From Patescibacteria group bacterium (GTDB taxonomy: Bacteria; Patescibacteriota; Microgenomatia; UBA1400; PJMF01), in NCBI GenBank assembly GCA_045541795.1, contig JAZQJV010000017.1, positions 1-59,743 of the forward strand: a stretch of DNA of 59,743 nt. Direction: 5' to 3'. Both the position numbers and the translations under genes were made by a program. Shown one piece after another: positions 9,375 through 18,241 of the stretch (positions within the stretch are counted from its first letter, which is position 1; the number at the start of each line of letters is the position of its first letter). A model generated the notes under the pieces. It did no database searches and was not told the DNA's origin. It worked only from the letters and a program-made list of their open reading frames with translations.

Positions 9375-9752
9375 ATGAAAGCAAATATACATCCAGAATG
9401 GCAAGAATGCACTGTCACATGTGCATGCGGTAATAGTTTTGTGACTGGCGGGACGACACCGACAATGCAGGTAGACATCTGCAATAAATGCCATCCGTTT
9501 TTTACTGGTGAGCAGCGTTTTGTAGATAAAGAAGGCAGACTCGAGAAATTCCAGAAGAAAATGGCAGAATCCAAGATCCGCCGTGAGGAAGAAGCCAAAC
9601 GGGCAGCGGCCAAACGAGCGCGCAAAGAAGCGGCTAAAGTGATCCGGGCTAGTGAACCGACCAGCTTCAAACAAGTTTTGGGTCAGGTGAAATCTGAAGC
9701 CGAAAAAGCCGAGCAAGCGGCTAAAACGCAAGACAACACGGCAGAAAAATAG
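9375..9752 (+). CDS. rpmE: 50S ribosomal protein L31 with a Lys/Glu/Ala-rich C-terminal extension
   Basis: MKANIHPEW...CxC...CNKCHPFFTG matches the L31 signature. TGTGGTATAAT (-10 at 9360-9365) lies 9 nt before the ATG. Confidence 0.9.
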   Translation: MKANIHPEWQECTVTCACGNSFVTGGTTPTMQVDICNKCHPFFTGEQRFVDKEGRLEKFQKKMAESKIRREEEAKRAAAKRARKEAAKVIRASEPTSFKQVLGQVKSEAEKAEQAAKTQDNTAEK

Positions 9753-9802
9753 TGATTGAAAAATAGAGGGAACGCCAGCCTTGAGGTTGGCGTTTGTGGT
9801 AA

Positions 9803-10738
9803 ATGTACAACCCATATCAGCTCCAGCTTGATAAAATTACTGCTCAAATCAAGGAAAATGAGCAGCTGATGTTGGATCCAGAGCTGCAAGAATTGGCGGC
9901 GGCAGAAATCCAAGAACTGCGTGCGCAATTAGAATCACTCCAGGCAGCAGCAGACGCAATGAACGTAGATAAAGCCGGTGCGCCCACCAATTTGGCGACA
10001 GCCAACTGCATCATGGAGGTGCGCGGCGGGGCCGGTGGCGATGAGGCTAAAATCTGGGCCGGGGAACTTTTGCGGATTTACCTGCGTTTTGCCGAGGGGC
10101 ATCACCTCAAAATTGAATACCTGGATGACGACGTCATCAAGATCAAAGGCCACATCACTCGTGAGGATGGTACGAGCGTCTATCCTTATCAACTTTTTAA
10201 GTGGGAGTCTGGCGTCCACCGGGTGCAACGCGTGCCGGTGACAGAAAGTGCCGGCCGCATCCACACTTCTACGGCGAGCCTGGCGGTGTTGCCTGAAATC
10301 AAGACTACGAGCGTACAAATCCGTGAGGAAGATCTGGAGTGGCAGTTTACCCGGGCCGGCGGCGCGGGCGGACAAAACGTCAACAAAGTCAATTCTGCTG
10401 TCCGGCTGACTCACATTCCTACAGGAATCGTCGTTTCAGCGCGCCAGGAGCGCAAACAAGCACAAAACCGGGAAATCGCCTTACAAATGCTGGCGGCGAA
10501 ACTCTGGGAAATTGAAGAAGAAAAACGTCTGGAAGCGATTGGTGACGCCCGGAGTGCCATCGGCCGAGCGCAGCGGGCAGAGAAAATCCGGACTTTTAAC
10601 TTTCCCCAAAATAGGGTCACTGATCATCGCTTGGCTGTAAGCTGGTATGATTTGCCGAGTATCCTAGAAGGGCATATCGACGAAATCCTGGCGGCCTGCG
10701 CGGCGCTAGATGATGATCTGCAAAAAAATACTGATTGA
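9803..10738 (+). CDS. prfA: Peptide chain release factor 1
   Basis: GGQ motif ([12 protein letters not shown]) plus the RF1-type PxT tripeptide ([10 protein letters not shown]). Confidence 0.9.
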   Translation: MYNPYQLQLDKITAQIKENEQLMLDPELQELAAAEIQELRAQLESLQAAADAMNVDKAGAPTNLATANCIMEVRGGAGGDEAKIWAGELLRIYLRFAEGHHLKIEYLDDDVIKIKGHITREDGTSVYPYQLFKWESGVHRVQRVPVTESAGRIHTSTASLAVLPEIKTTSVQIREEDLEWQFTRAGGAGGQNVNKVNSAVRLTHIPTGIVVSARQERKQAQNREIALQMLAAKLWEIEEEKRLEAIGDARSAIGRAQRAEKIRTFNFPQNRVTDHRLAVSWYDLPSILEGHIDEILAACAALDDDLQKNTD

Positions 10739-10755
10739 TCAATTTTTTTACCCTC

Positions 10756-10784
10756 TTGACAAAATGATACTTTTGTGATATAAT
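10756..10784 (+). promoter_or_regulatory. Strong consensus promoter with no adjacent long ORF
   Basis: TTGACA (10756-10761), 17 nt spacer, TGaTATAAT (-10 at 10779-10784). Confidence 0.7.
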
Positions 10785-10790
10785 ATATCT

Positions 10791-10975
10791 ATTATGCTAA
10801 GGACATATCTTACGGGCGCTCAATTCTTCATTTTTTGAAGATGAGTTGACGTGGGAGTTTCTAAGCAAAAACATCAGACGCTCCCACGACGGGGGCTTTT
10901 TCCTTTAAAAAGAGGGAGAAAGCAGGCCGTCTGGCGTCTGTTCTTTAATAAATAGCAATTCTAAATTTTTCAGGA
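10791..10975 (+). ncRNA. Candidate structured untranslated RNA: a leader, riboswitch-like element or small RNA of unknown class
   Basis: It lies downstream of the consensus promoter and contains no ORF. Hairpins: CTCA-TCTTCA ttttt TGAAGA-TGAG (10819-10845) and CGTGGGAG...CTCCCACG (10850-10857 / 10881-10888). CAGACG (10875-10880) can pair with either of two CGTCTG copies (10928-10933, 10935-10940). Confidence 0.3.
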
Positions 10976-10987
10976 GGTGACCGCCGA

Positions 10988-11062
10988 ATGAGCGGTTTTA
11001 ATTGTGTTTGCGGTAGTGGGTTGGTCGATGTGTTGCAGACGGCTGGACGGAGGTACGCGTGA
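10988..11062 (+). CDS. Candidate 24-aa upstream ORF (MSGFNCVCGSGLVDVLQTAGRRYA)
   Basis: AGGAGGTGA (10972-10980) lies 7 nt before ATG 10988. The TGA stop at 11060-11062 overlaps ATG 11062 of the next gene (TGATG). Confidence 0.35.
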   Translation: MSGFNCVCGSGLVDVLQTAGRRYA

Positions 11063-11844
11063 TGTGCCATAAGTTTGAAAGCCGTGAAGCGCTATTTGCC
11101 ATGAAACAGCAGCCAAAGTATGGCGATCCGCACAGCTGGATGCTGCGTGGCGAAGAGTCGAGTGTAAACTTTGTGATCGTAAACTTCCCCTACTTCCAGG
11201 GACAGGCAATTTTGCCGTGGCTACTCAAGGATCACAACCTGGAGCGTAACAGAGGGTTGGCCGGGCATCTTTCCCGATTTCGCCACGCGATGGAGACAGC
11301 AAAAAAGAGGATGGTAGTGAGCAAAAACCGCAATGCCCAGGCCTTAATTGAGCAGTTGCAGGAGTTTTTTGCTGGCGTGCGTCAGTTTGGCTTGCCTTAC
11401 AGAGTCCATTTTGCGGTGTGTACGGGGATGGAGTGCCTGCTGGATGAGCAAACCGGATGGTTTGATGGTAATTTTGCCTCAGCGAGTGGTGGCGGCTTCC
11501 AGTACGGGCCTTGGAAAAACTGTATCGAGGCTAATTCTGAGAGCTTTTTTAAGCACTTGGAGGGGCGCGGTATTAACGTCTTGCCGATACCGGCGGCTCA
11601 GACTTGGCTCGAGCGTAAGTGGCCGATTGCGCAAAGCTGGGCGGCGGCCGGGCAAAACCTGTTGCCGGAAATTCTCCAGGGCATACGGGAGGAATATGGC
11701 CAGGAGCTGGTGTGGCTTGACGTGCAGGGCACTTCTGACGAAAAACGGGTGCTCAAGCACGTAGACAAGGCGTTGGCTGGCATTCATGTGGTGCGTTTGC
11801 GCCGGGAGATACCGGATCCCAGTAGTAAGATTTGCTATTTTTAA
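11062..11844 (+). CDS. Hypothetical protein (260 aa); no family recognised
   Basis: The long ORF ends just before a strong terminator. The start overlaps the uORF stop. Confidence 0.7.
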   Translation: MCHKFESREALFAMKQQPKYGDPHSWMLRGEESSVNFVIVNFPYFQGQAILPWLLKDHNLERNRGLAGHLSRFRHAMETAKKRMVVSKNRNAQALIEQLQEFFAGVRQFGLPYRVHFAVCTGMECLLDEQTGWFDGNFASASGGGFQYGPWKNCIEANSESFFKHLEGRGINVLPIPAAQTWLERKWPIAQSWAAAGQNLLPEILQGIREEYGQELVWLDVQGTSDEKRVLKHVDKALAGIHVVRLRREIPDPSSKICYF

Positions 11845-11850
11845 TTTTTT

Positions 11851-11887
11851 GGCCCCGTCAATTTGGCGGGGCCTTTTTACTTTTTTG
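11851..11887 (+). terminator. Intrinsic terminator
   Basis: GGCCCCG tcaatttgg CGGGGCC followed by TTTTTACTTTTTT. Confidence 0.85.
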
Positions 11888-11903
11888 TGGTAAAATAAAG
11901 CAC

Positions 11904-13013
11904 ATGCGATTGATGAAAAAAGTGGTTTTGGCAGTGTGCTTTTTTTGCCTGGGGATAAGTAGTGCTTGGGCCCAGAGCACCAATGTGGAGGCGGTGATAA
12001 CTAGTGTGACAGACACCAAAACCGTGATCCCGGCCGGAGCGGAGCAACCCCAAATTATCCAAGATCTGGAATTAATGCTGACTAGTGGTGAGAGCAAGGG
12101 GCAAAAAGTCCACGTCCACAATGAAAACCTGCCGGTGGCTAACATCCGCGAGTACCAGGTGGGTGACAAGGTGGTGCTTTACCGCCAGCCGGATACAGAT
12201 AACTATACCATTGCTGACGTGGTGCGTCGGCCAGTTTTAGCTTGGCTTTTTGGCATTTTTGTGGTGGCGGCGGTACTGGTGGGGCACTGGCAAGGAGTAG
12301 CGTCACTGGCGGGACTGGCGACTTCATTTGTGCTCATCTTTTTTTGGATCGTGCCGCGGATTGCCGCTGGCGCTAATCCAGTGACCATGGTGATTTTGGG
12401 CTGCCTGGTGATTATCCCGGTGATGTTTATCTTGTCTCATGGCTGGAATCAGACCACGCTGGTGGCGATGACGGCGACACTCTTGGCGATGCTTTTTACG
12501 GGAGGGCTAATTGTGATTTTTGTGAATTGGGCGCGGCTTACGGGTCTGGCCAGCGAGGAGGCGGGCTTTCTTTTGGCGATGAATCCAGACTTGATGGATT
12601 TTCAAAATTTGCTGATTGCCGGGATGCTTTTTGCCACCCTGGGCGTGCTGGATGACGTGACGATTTCGCAGGCGGCGATTGTAGCAGAGTTGCGAGCGGC
12701 GGATCCGGAGATAGATTTTATGCGGCTTTATGCTGGGGCGAGCAAGATCGGCCGGGATCATATTGCCTCGATGATTAATACCTTGATCTTGGTGTATGCC
12801 GGGGCGAGTTTCCCGCTACTGCTGCTTTTTCACCTGAGTGAAGAAAGTTTGAGCTTAGTGCTTAATTACGAAATTATTGCTGACGAGATCGTGCGGACGC
12901 TTACGGGCAGCATTGGGCTGATCATGGCCGTACCGCTGACGACTCTTTTGGCGTGCTGGTGGCGTCCAGATCATAAAAAGTCCGGGCGACGCTCAAGTCA
13001 CCAGGATAAGTAA
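11904..13013 (+). CDS. YibE/F-family integral membrane protein
   Basis: Signal peptide MRLMKKVVLAVCFFCLGISSAWA, an extracytoplasmic N-domain, then about 7 TM helices. The upstream part of the tracked ORF (11832-11903) covers the terminator hairpin. Confidence 0.75.
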   Translation: MRLMKKVVLAVCFFCLGISSAWAQSTNVEAVITSVTDTKTVIPAGAEQPQIIQDLELMLTSGESKGQKVHVHNENLPVANIREYQVGDKVVLYRQPDTDNYTIADVVRRPVLAWLFGIFVVAAVLVGHWQGVASLAGLATSFVLIFFWIVPRIAAGANPVTMVILGCLVIIPVMFILSHGWNQTTLVAMTATLLAMLFTGGLIVIFVNWARLTGLASEEAGFLLAMNPDLMDFQNLLIAGMLFATLGVLDDVTISQAAIVAELRAADPEIDFMRLYAGASKIGRDHIASMINTLILVYAGASFPLLLLFHLSEESLSLVLNYEIIADEIVRTLTGSIGLIMAVPLTTLLACWWRPDHKKSGRRSSHQDK

Positions 13014-13644
13014 TTTTGAGGTTGCGATTGGTACTGGGGATGATGGCAACCGATTGCCTCATAAAGCGGGTAATAAGTTCGCTTTCGTCAGTCATTTTAT
13101 CGAAATGGGCGGCGGCGGCACGCTGGTAGGCTTCAAGGATGAGTGATCGGCGGAAGGTTTGCGGCGTCTGCGCGAGGTAAACGGTGGAACGATCAAGGCT
13201 TTCGGTATTGACACCGTCGTGGACGATTTTAATGCTATCGGTAGCTGGTGCAGCTACGAGGCAAGCGCCATTTATAGAGGCGACTTTGAGACTTTGGCGG
13301 ATTTGCTCAGCCGTGATGAGCGGTCGGGCAGCGTCGTGGATGGCGACGATGTCACCCGTGGCGGCTTGGATGCCGATCAGAGATGATTGCCAACGTTCAT
13401 CTCCTCCAGGAATAATGCGAATGCGTGGATCTGGCTGGTATGTGTTGATCAAATTTTGATAGAGGCTGATATTGCTTTCGTGGGCGACGACGATTATTTC
13501 ACTAATTTCAGGCAAACAAAAAGCGCGGACAGAATGAATCAGCACAGGGATGTCGGCGATGGTTTCGATGAGTTTATTGCCGCCATAGCGTTGCCCGATA
13601 CCAGCGGCGACGAGGACGGCGGAATTGGTTGCGTTATTTGACAT
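12922..13644 (-). CDS. IspD/TarI-family cytidylyltransferase
   Basis: N-terminal VLVAAGIGQRYGG nucleotide-binding loop, AIHDAARP and YLAQTPQTF motifs, 240 aa. Confidence 0.8.
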   Translation of the reverse strand: MSNNATNSAVLVAAGIGQRYGGNKLIETIADIPVLIHSVRAFCLPEISEIIVVAHESNISLYQNLINTYQPDPRIRIIPGGDERWQSSLIGIQAATGDIVAIHDAARPLITAEQIRQSLKVASINGACLVAAPATDSIKIVHDGVNTESLDRSTVYLAQTPQTFRRSLILEAYQRAAAAHFDKMTDESELITRFMRQSVAIIPSTNRNLKITYPGDLSVARTFYDLDATSTPKESSAVRP

Positions 13645-13767
13645 ACGGTATTATACCACATAATATGTATTTTTTGCGGGTAAATAAAAAATTAAATTGA
13701 GTATTTATTGTGTACAATAAATGAAATAATACTGGTATATCAATATAAATTAAATACATTAAAAACG

Positions 13768-13794
13768 TTAGCAGAGTAAGTGTTTGTCTGCTAA
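13768..13794 (+). promoter_or_regulatory. CIRCE-like operator 1 (9-N9-9 inverted repeat)
   Basis: TTAGCAGAG-N9-GTCTGCTAA, compared with the CIRCE consensus TTAGCACTC-N9-GAGTGCTAA. The arms are complementary at 8/9 positions. Confidence 0.65.
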
Positions 13795-13799
13795 TTACA

Positions 13800-13826
13800 T
13801 TAGCAATTACACTTGCAATTTGCTAA
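13800..13826 (+). promoter_or_regulatory. CIRCE-like operator 2, overlapping the -35 box of the J-protein promoter
   Basis: TTAGCAATT-N9-ATTTGCTAA, arms complementary at 8/9 positions. The spacer contains TTGCAA (13813-13818; TTGCA at 13813-17). Confidence 0.6.
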
Positions 13827-13841
13827 TTTTGGGTGTATAAT
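13812..13841 (+). promoter_or_regulatory. Promoter of the J-protein gene (leaderless configuration)
   Basis: cTTGCA, about 18 nt spacer, TGTATAAT (-10 at 13836-13841). ATG 13850 lies 8 nt downstream. Confidence 0.6.
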
Positions 13842-13849
13842 ACACTGAT

Positions 13850-14698
13850 ATGCCAGCAAAACGAGATTATTATGAAGTATTAGGTGTCGCAAAGGGTGCG
13901 AGTGCAGACGAAATTAAATCTGCCTACCGCAAGATGGCGCTCAAGTATCATCCGGATCGTAATAAAGAGCCGAACGCTGAAGAAAAATTTAAAGAAATTA
14001 ATGAGGCCTATCAAGTTTTATCCGATAAAGATAAGCGGGCGAAGTATGACCAATTTGGTCACTCGGCTTTTGATCCCAGTAGTGGTATGGGCGGCAATCC
14101 TTTCGCCGGTGCCTATCAGCAAGGACCTTTCACCTGGTCTTATTCTGGAGGCGGTATGCCTTTTGAAGGGGTGGATTTTGTCGATCCTTTTGAGGTTTTC
14201 AATAGCTTTTTTGGCGGCGGTGGCTTTGGTCAAAATCGGATGAAACGCTACTCGATGCATTTGGATTTCCGGGAAGCGGCACTGGGGACGCAAAAAACAA
14301 TCACGATAGACGGCCAAAAACGCAAGATTAAAATCCCGGCCGGTGTGGATGACGGCACACGAATTAAATTCGGTGATTTTTACGTGACTTTTGACGTGGG
14401 GGCTGATCCTTATTTTAAGCGGCAGGGCGCGGATTTGTATGTGGACGTTGGTTTGCCGGTGTCGGCCTTGATCCTGGGGGCGACGATCAATGTGAAAACG
14501 CTCACGGGCGAGATCAAGATGAAAGTGCGTGAGGGGACGGGTTCACACACGATGCTGCGGCTTTCGGGTGAAGGTTTACCGTACTTGGATCGGCCAGGTA
14601 AGGGCAGCATGTATGTGCGTTTGATCGCCAAAATTCCCAAAAAACTTAATTCTTATCAAAAGCAAGCGGTACGTGAGCTGCGCGATGCCGGCTTGTAA
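13850..14698 (+). CDS. J-domain co-chaperone without the Cys-rich zinc-finger region (CbpA-like DnaJ)
   Basis: DYYEVLGV...[13 protein letters not shown]...AYQVLSD J-domain with HPD, a G/F-rich linker and C-terminal substrate-binding domains. No CxxCxGxG repeats are present. Confidence 0.9.
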   Translation: MPAKRDYYEVLGVAKGASADEIKSAYRKMALKYHPDRNKEPNAEEKFKEINEAYQVLSDKDKRAKYDQFGHSAFDPSSGMGGNPFAGAYQQGPFTWSYSGGGMPFEGVDFVDPFEVFNSFFGGGGFGQNRMKRYSMHLDFREAALGTQKTITIDGQKRKIKIPAGVDDGTRIKFGDFYVTFDVGADPYFKRQGADLYVDVGLPVSALILGATINVKTLTGEIKMKVREGTGSHTMLRLSGEGLPYLDRPGKGSMYVRLIAKIPKKLNSYQKQAVRELRDAGL

Positions 14699-14709
14699 AA
14701 GTGGGACGT

Positions 14710-15027
14710 TTAGCGTGATAAAATATGACGCCAACCTGGAGTGAAGTTTTGGTGCGGGGCGGCCGGTGTGTCACTGGAAGTAGTAGTGGGTGCTGGCGTT
14801 TGGGCGGCGGCAATCGCGGCAATTTGCGCGCGCGCGGACTCGAGGTCTTTTTGGTCTTGCTGTCTTTTTTGCTCAAACTGCTGTTTTTGCAGACGGTGGA
14901 CTTCTTGACGTTGCCTGATGGCAGGAATCTGCGGCGTTTGACCGAAGATCCCGCGTAAGTGGTCATTGACTAACACGCCCGTGTGACCGGTAAATGGTAA
15001 GGTGGTGTAATCAATTGTTGTCGACAT
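14710..15027 (-). CDS. Hypothetical Gln/Ala/Thr-rich protein (105 aa)
   Basis: On the coding strand TGTATAAT ends 6 nt before ATG 15027 (MSTTIDYTTLPF...). The competing frame 14646-14966 has no such signal. Confidence 0.45.
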   Translation of the reverse strand: MSTTIDYTTLPFTGHTGVLVNDHLRGIFGQTPQIPAIRQRQEVHRLQKQQFEQKRQQDQKDLESARAQIAAIAAAQTPAPTTTSSDTPAAPHQNFTPGWRHILSR

Positions 15028-15210
15028 GATATTATTATACACCCAAAATGCGATTTGTGGCCGCAAATCGTGAGGTCGTGGCAAATCCTATATTTTGTCA
15101 TATAAAATGGGCTTGCACTTTTGGTAGTTTTGTATTATAATAGGGGGTATCTAGATGAATGAACTTTGTAAGGAGTAAGGAAACGAAAATAACTGATCAG
15201 TAAGGATAAT

Positions 15211-17229
15211 ATGCTAAAAAATAGTAAATTACTCTACATTTTACCGGAAATGGCTTTTACCGCGAGCGTCGGCGAAACGCCAAAAGAAGATTATTATTTT
15301 GTCCAAACTTTTCACCAAATTAATGGTGAATTTATGCGCGATGAAAACTTCATCCATGAAAGTTTGCGCAAACTTTTTGAGCGGGTAGAAGAAGGGCAAT
15401 ATACATTGGTGTTGCCAGATTTTCTTTTTACTGACACCATCATCAATGTGCCAGAAACGGAAGATGTAAAAATCGCCCAGTATTTGCGTGATCAACTGCT
15501 GCCACGCATAGAAGTGTCGACTTTTTCACATGAGACGCGCACCTCGGTGCTTTTGCAGCGTAAAACGACTTCTAAGGTGCAATTATCGGCATTTGAAAAA
15601 GAATTGGCAGCGGCGTTAAAGTTGGCGATTGGTAGCCGGAATATTATCTTAGATGAAATTGTGCCGCTTTCCTGGGTGCTGAAAGCCGCAGTGAGCTTGG
15701 AGCCATCACTGACGATTGCCCAGTTGGGTGAGCGGCTGTATTTGGCTGAGCATTATATCGGTATTAATCAGACGATCAGCACGCCGATTGACGATTTGGA
15801 CGTTTTGGCGGAAAGTGTCCAAACGCTTAAAGGTTCTGACCCCAATTTACAAACGACTTATCTTTTTACCTCGGGCTTGGTGGAAGAAAAACTCAAGAAG
15901 TTTTTACTCAAGACGCTGCCGGTACAACAGTTGACCGAGCCAGTGGAAGAAGAAGCAAAAATTCCTTCATACGTCAAGCAAATTATCGAGGTGTCGGCAC
16001 GGACTCTGAGTTTGCCGGATTTTGCAGTGCCGCGTTTTAGCATCAAGGGAGATGATCTTTTGGGCCAAGTCAAACCTACGCCTGCTCATGAGGAAGAGCC
16101 AGCAGAAGTGAAAGCGAGTGAGGAGACACTAGAAACGCAGCCTCAAGTGGCCGGGGAAGAAACTTTGGTGGCGCAAGTGAGTGAGAAGAGCGCGAGCGAG
16201 GCTCACGAAGAAGTGGCAGCAGTGACGCATAGTTTGGATCTGGAGGAAAAGACGCTTGAGACAGTTGAGTCGGAAAAAACGGCGCCAAGTCAATCCGAAA
16301 GCGAGGATAAAGCCGGCAGCAGTGAAAAAGTCACCCCTGAGCAGACTAAGCAAGAAAATACCGATACATCGGAAAAAACAGAGCAATCCCCTACTCCGGC
16401 TGCGTCGAACGTGACTGTGACTGACGCGCAGACTGAAACGATCACCAAACCGAAGCAACTCGAGCAGGCGGCAAAAGTGGAAGCCTTGAGCGAACCGGCA
16501 AAACAGGAAGAATTGCCGGCGGCTGGCGGGATGCCGAAGTTAAGTTTTATGGGCGCTAAACAATCTGCGGACGCCGTGGCTACTGTGGCGGTGAACACAG
16601 ATAACGGACAAATAGCGAGCGAAACTGCTCAAACTGCACCGCAAATTGACGAAAAAGATGGTACAATATCAAAAGACAAGAAATTGGTAAGCAAGCAGAA
16701 AGGGAATATGTCTTCATTCGTGAAGAAGTTGTTGTTGTTTTTGTCGATATTTGTAATTGTAATTGTCTTGGGCATTGGTACCGGAGTGGTCATCTTACAG
16801 ATGTCTGGTAAAGATCTTTTCAAGGCTGATGAATTGCCAGAACCAGAAGAAGTGGTGATGGCGACGCCAGAGCCGGTAGTAGTGGAAGAACCAGTGGTAG
16901 AATCAACGCTGGAAGCGGTGGTAGAACCAGAAGAAGAAATTGACCCGGCTGAGTTTAAGGTGATGGTGGTCAACGCTACTGGCGTGAGCGGTTTGGCTGG
17001 CAAGGCGCGTACAGCCTTGCAGGCAGCTGGCTTTAGTGACGTCCAGACTGGTAATGCCGCTGGTACTTATGATGAAAGCGGTACTTTTGCCCTGATGAAG
17101 GAAAAGAATAGCGCTTTGATCAAGGCTTTGGAAGAGGCGACTGATCGGACGATGACCTTTGATGAGGATATTAAAGTGGAGGATGCGGCTGGCCGCTATG
17201 ATGTAGTGGTCGTCCTCAATGAGGAATAA
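15211..17229 (+). CDS. LytR_C-domain membrane protein with a long acidic low-complexity linker
   Basis: C-terminal FKVMVVNATGVSGLAGKARTALQAAGFSDVQTGNA matches the LytR cell-envelope C-terminal domain. It has one TM helix (LLLFLSIFVIVIVLGIGTGVVIL) and an E/K/T/S-rich centre. Confidence 0.75.
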   Translation: MLKNSKLLYILPEMAFTASVGETPKEDYYFVQTFHQINGEFMRDENFIHESLRKLFERVEEGQYTLVLPDFLFTDTIINVPETEDVKIAQYLRDQLLPRIEVSTFSHETRTSVLLQRKTTSKVQLSAFEKELAAALKLAIGSRNIILDEIVPLSWVLKAAVSLEPSLTIAQLGERLYLAEHYIGINQTISTPIDDLDVLAESVQTLKGSDPNLQTTYLFTSGLVEEKLKKFLLKTLPVQQLTEPVEEEAKIPSYVKQIIEVSARTLSLPDFAVPRFSIKGDDLLGQVKPTPAHEEEPAEVKASEETLETQPQVAGEETLVAQVSEKSASEAHEEVAAVTHSLDLEEKTLETVESEKTAPSQSESEDKAGSSEKVTPEQTKQENTDTSEKTEQSPTPAASNVTVTDAQTETITKPKQLEQAAKVEALSEPAKQEELPAAGGMPKLSFMGAKQSADAVATVAVNTDNGQIASETAQTAPQIDEKDGTISKDKKLVSKQKGNMSSFVKKLLLFLSIFVIVIVLGIGTGVVILQMSGKDLFKADELPEPEEVVMATPEPVVVEEPVVESTLEAVVEPEEEIDPAEFKVMVVNATGVSGLAGKARTALQAAGFSDVQTGNAAGTYDESGTFALMKEKNSALIKALEEATDRTMTFDEDIKVEDAAGRYDVVVVLNEE

Positions 17230-17523
17230 ATGACAAAACAGCAACAGGTGGCGGCCAACGTCACGACCGAACAAGTTGAAGCGGTGTCTGAAGACACCGC
17301 TCAACTTGAGCTGGAGAAATTACAAAAAAAGATTGCTCGTGAAGAGCGAAAAAAACGCCGGGAAATAGAAGCCAGCAAGCAAAAACAAGCTAAGTGGCTA
17401 CTGCCGAGTTTACTTTTGGTGACGATGGTGCTTTCGTGGTTTTTGAGTCGGCTGACTTTGAATACGGCGAGCGTTGAGAGTGAGAGTAATGCTGACGCCG
17501 AGCAGCAAGAGACTAGTGATTAA
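17230..17523 (+). CDS. Small membrane protein
   Basis: The ATG directly abuts the preceding TAA. Charged coiled N-terminus and one TM helix (WLLPSLLLVTMVLSWFL). Confidence 0.5.
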   Translation: MTKQQQVAANVTTEQVEAVSEDTAQLELEKLQKKIAREERKKRREIEASKQKQAKWLLPSLLLVTMVLSWFLSRLTLNTASVESESNADAEQQETSD

Positions 17524-18193
17524 TTTTTGACGGTGCACCGGTGTTTTTTGTGAGGTTTTGGAGGAGCGTGAGGATTTGGCTGGGTTTTTTGACGATGTAA
17601 TCGGGGTGATATTTTTGCAGTCCCGCCAATGAATTGTAGCCGTAAGTGAGTGAGACGATTGGCAGGCCTGCCTGACGGCAAGCGGTAATATCGCGGATCT
17701 CATCGCCAAAATAGAGCGCTTGTGAGGGCTGGATGTCTAGCTGACGGCAAACAGCACGTAAAGTTTTGGCTTTACGCCAGAGCCCGCGGGTGGGCGTGAT
17801 GGAAGTAAATATATTTTCGAGGTCATATTGACGCAAAAAATGTGTCACAATGTCACGTGAATTGGAGGTGACAATGTGAAGCTCATAGCCTTGATCGCGC
17901 AGCGTGTGTAAGGTGTAGACGATACCGGGGTAGGCTTTGATTTGGTGTGCATGAGCGCGGATATATTTTTTGGCTTTGAGTAGCAGGTAGATGAATTTCC
18001 ACCAACCGCCAGGAATTGTCTGGATGATTTGCGTGATGCTTAGAGAACGGAGCTGATTGATCGTGTGTTGTCTGTGAAAACGGTCACCCCAGCGCTGATA
18101 TTCTTCTCGTAAAATTTCCATCGTCGGCGTGAATGTATCCGCGATAGTGCCGTCGAAATCAAAAATTAGTACTGGTTTTTTATTTTTCGTCAT
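17513..18193 (-). CDS. HAD-superfamily hydrolase (phosphoglycolate phosphatase-like)
   Basis: VLIFDFDGTIADT (DxDxT motif I), VTSN (motif II), FGDEIRD (motif IV). Confidence 0.85.
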   Translation of the reverse strand: MTKNKKPVLIFDFDGTIADTFTPTMEILREEYQRWGDRFHRQHTINQLRSLSITQIIQTIPGGWWKFIYLLLKAKKYIRAHAHQIKAYPGIVYTLHTLRDQGYELHIVTSNSRDIVTHFLRQYDLENIFTSITPTRGLWRKAKTLRAVCRQLDIQPSQALYFGDEIRDITACRQAGLPIVSLTYGYNSLAGLQKYHPDYIVKKPSQILTLLQNLTKNTGAPSKINH

Positions 18194-18241
18194 TTTACCT
18201 TTGACAAACCTCGGCTTGTATGATAAACTAAAAAGTGGATT

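Noticed and set aside
9312-9928. Minus-strand ORFs 9312-9815, 9347-9670 and 9683-9928
   Set aside because: They are antisense to rpmE and the prfA start, and their composition is typical of the reverse frame of Lys/Glu-rich coding sequence.
10791-11058. Assignment of the structured region to a known RNA class (SRP/4.5S, 6S, tmRNA, RNase P)
   Set aside because: I could not find any of the conserved cores I know. There is no SRP domain IV GGAA/AGCA motif, no tmRNA tag or tRNA-like end, and the length is wrong for RNase P. It is kept only as an unclassified candidate.
11832-11903. Upstream extension of the YibE/F ORF (tracked start at 11832)
   Set aside because: This stretch consists of the terminator hairpin and T-run of the preceding gene. 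ATG 11904 gives a canonical signal peptide.
14646-14966. Alternative minus-strand ORF of 106 aa
   Set aside because: It competes with frame 14710-15027, which has a leaderless promoter. Its basic, Pro/Arg-rich composition looks like an off-frame product.
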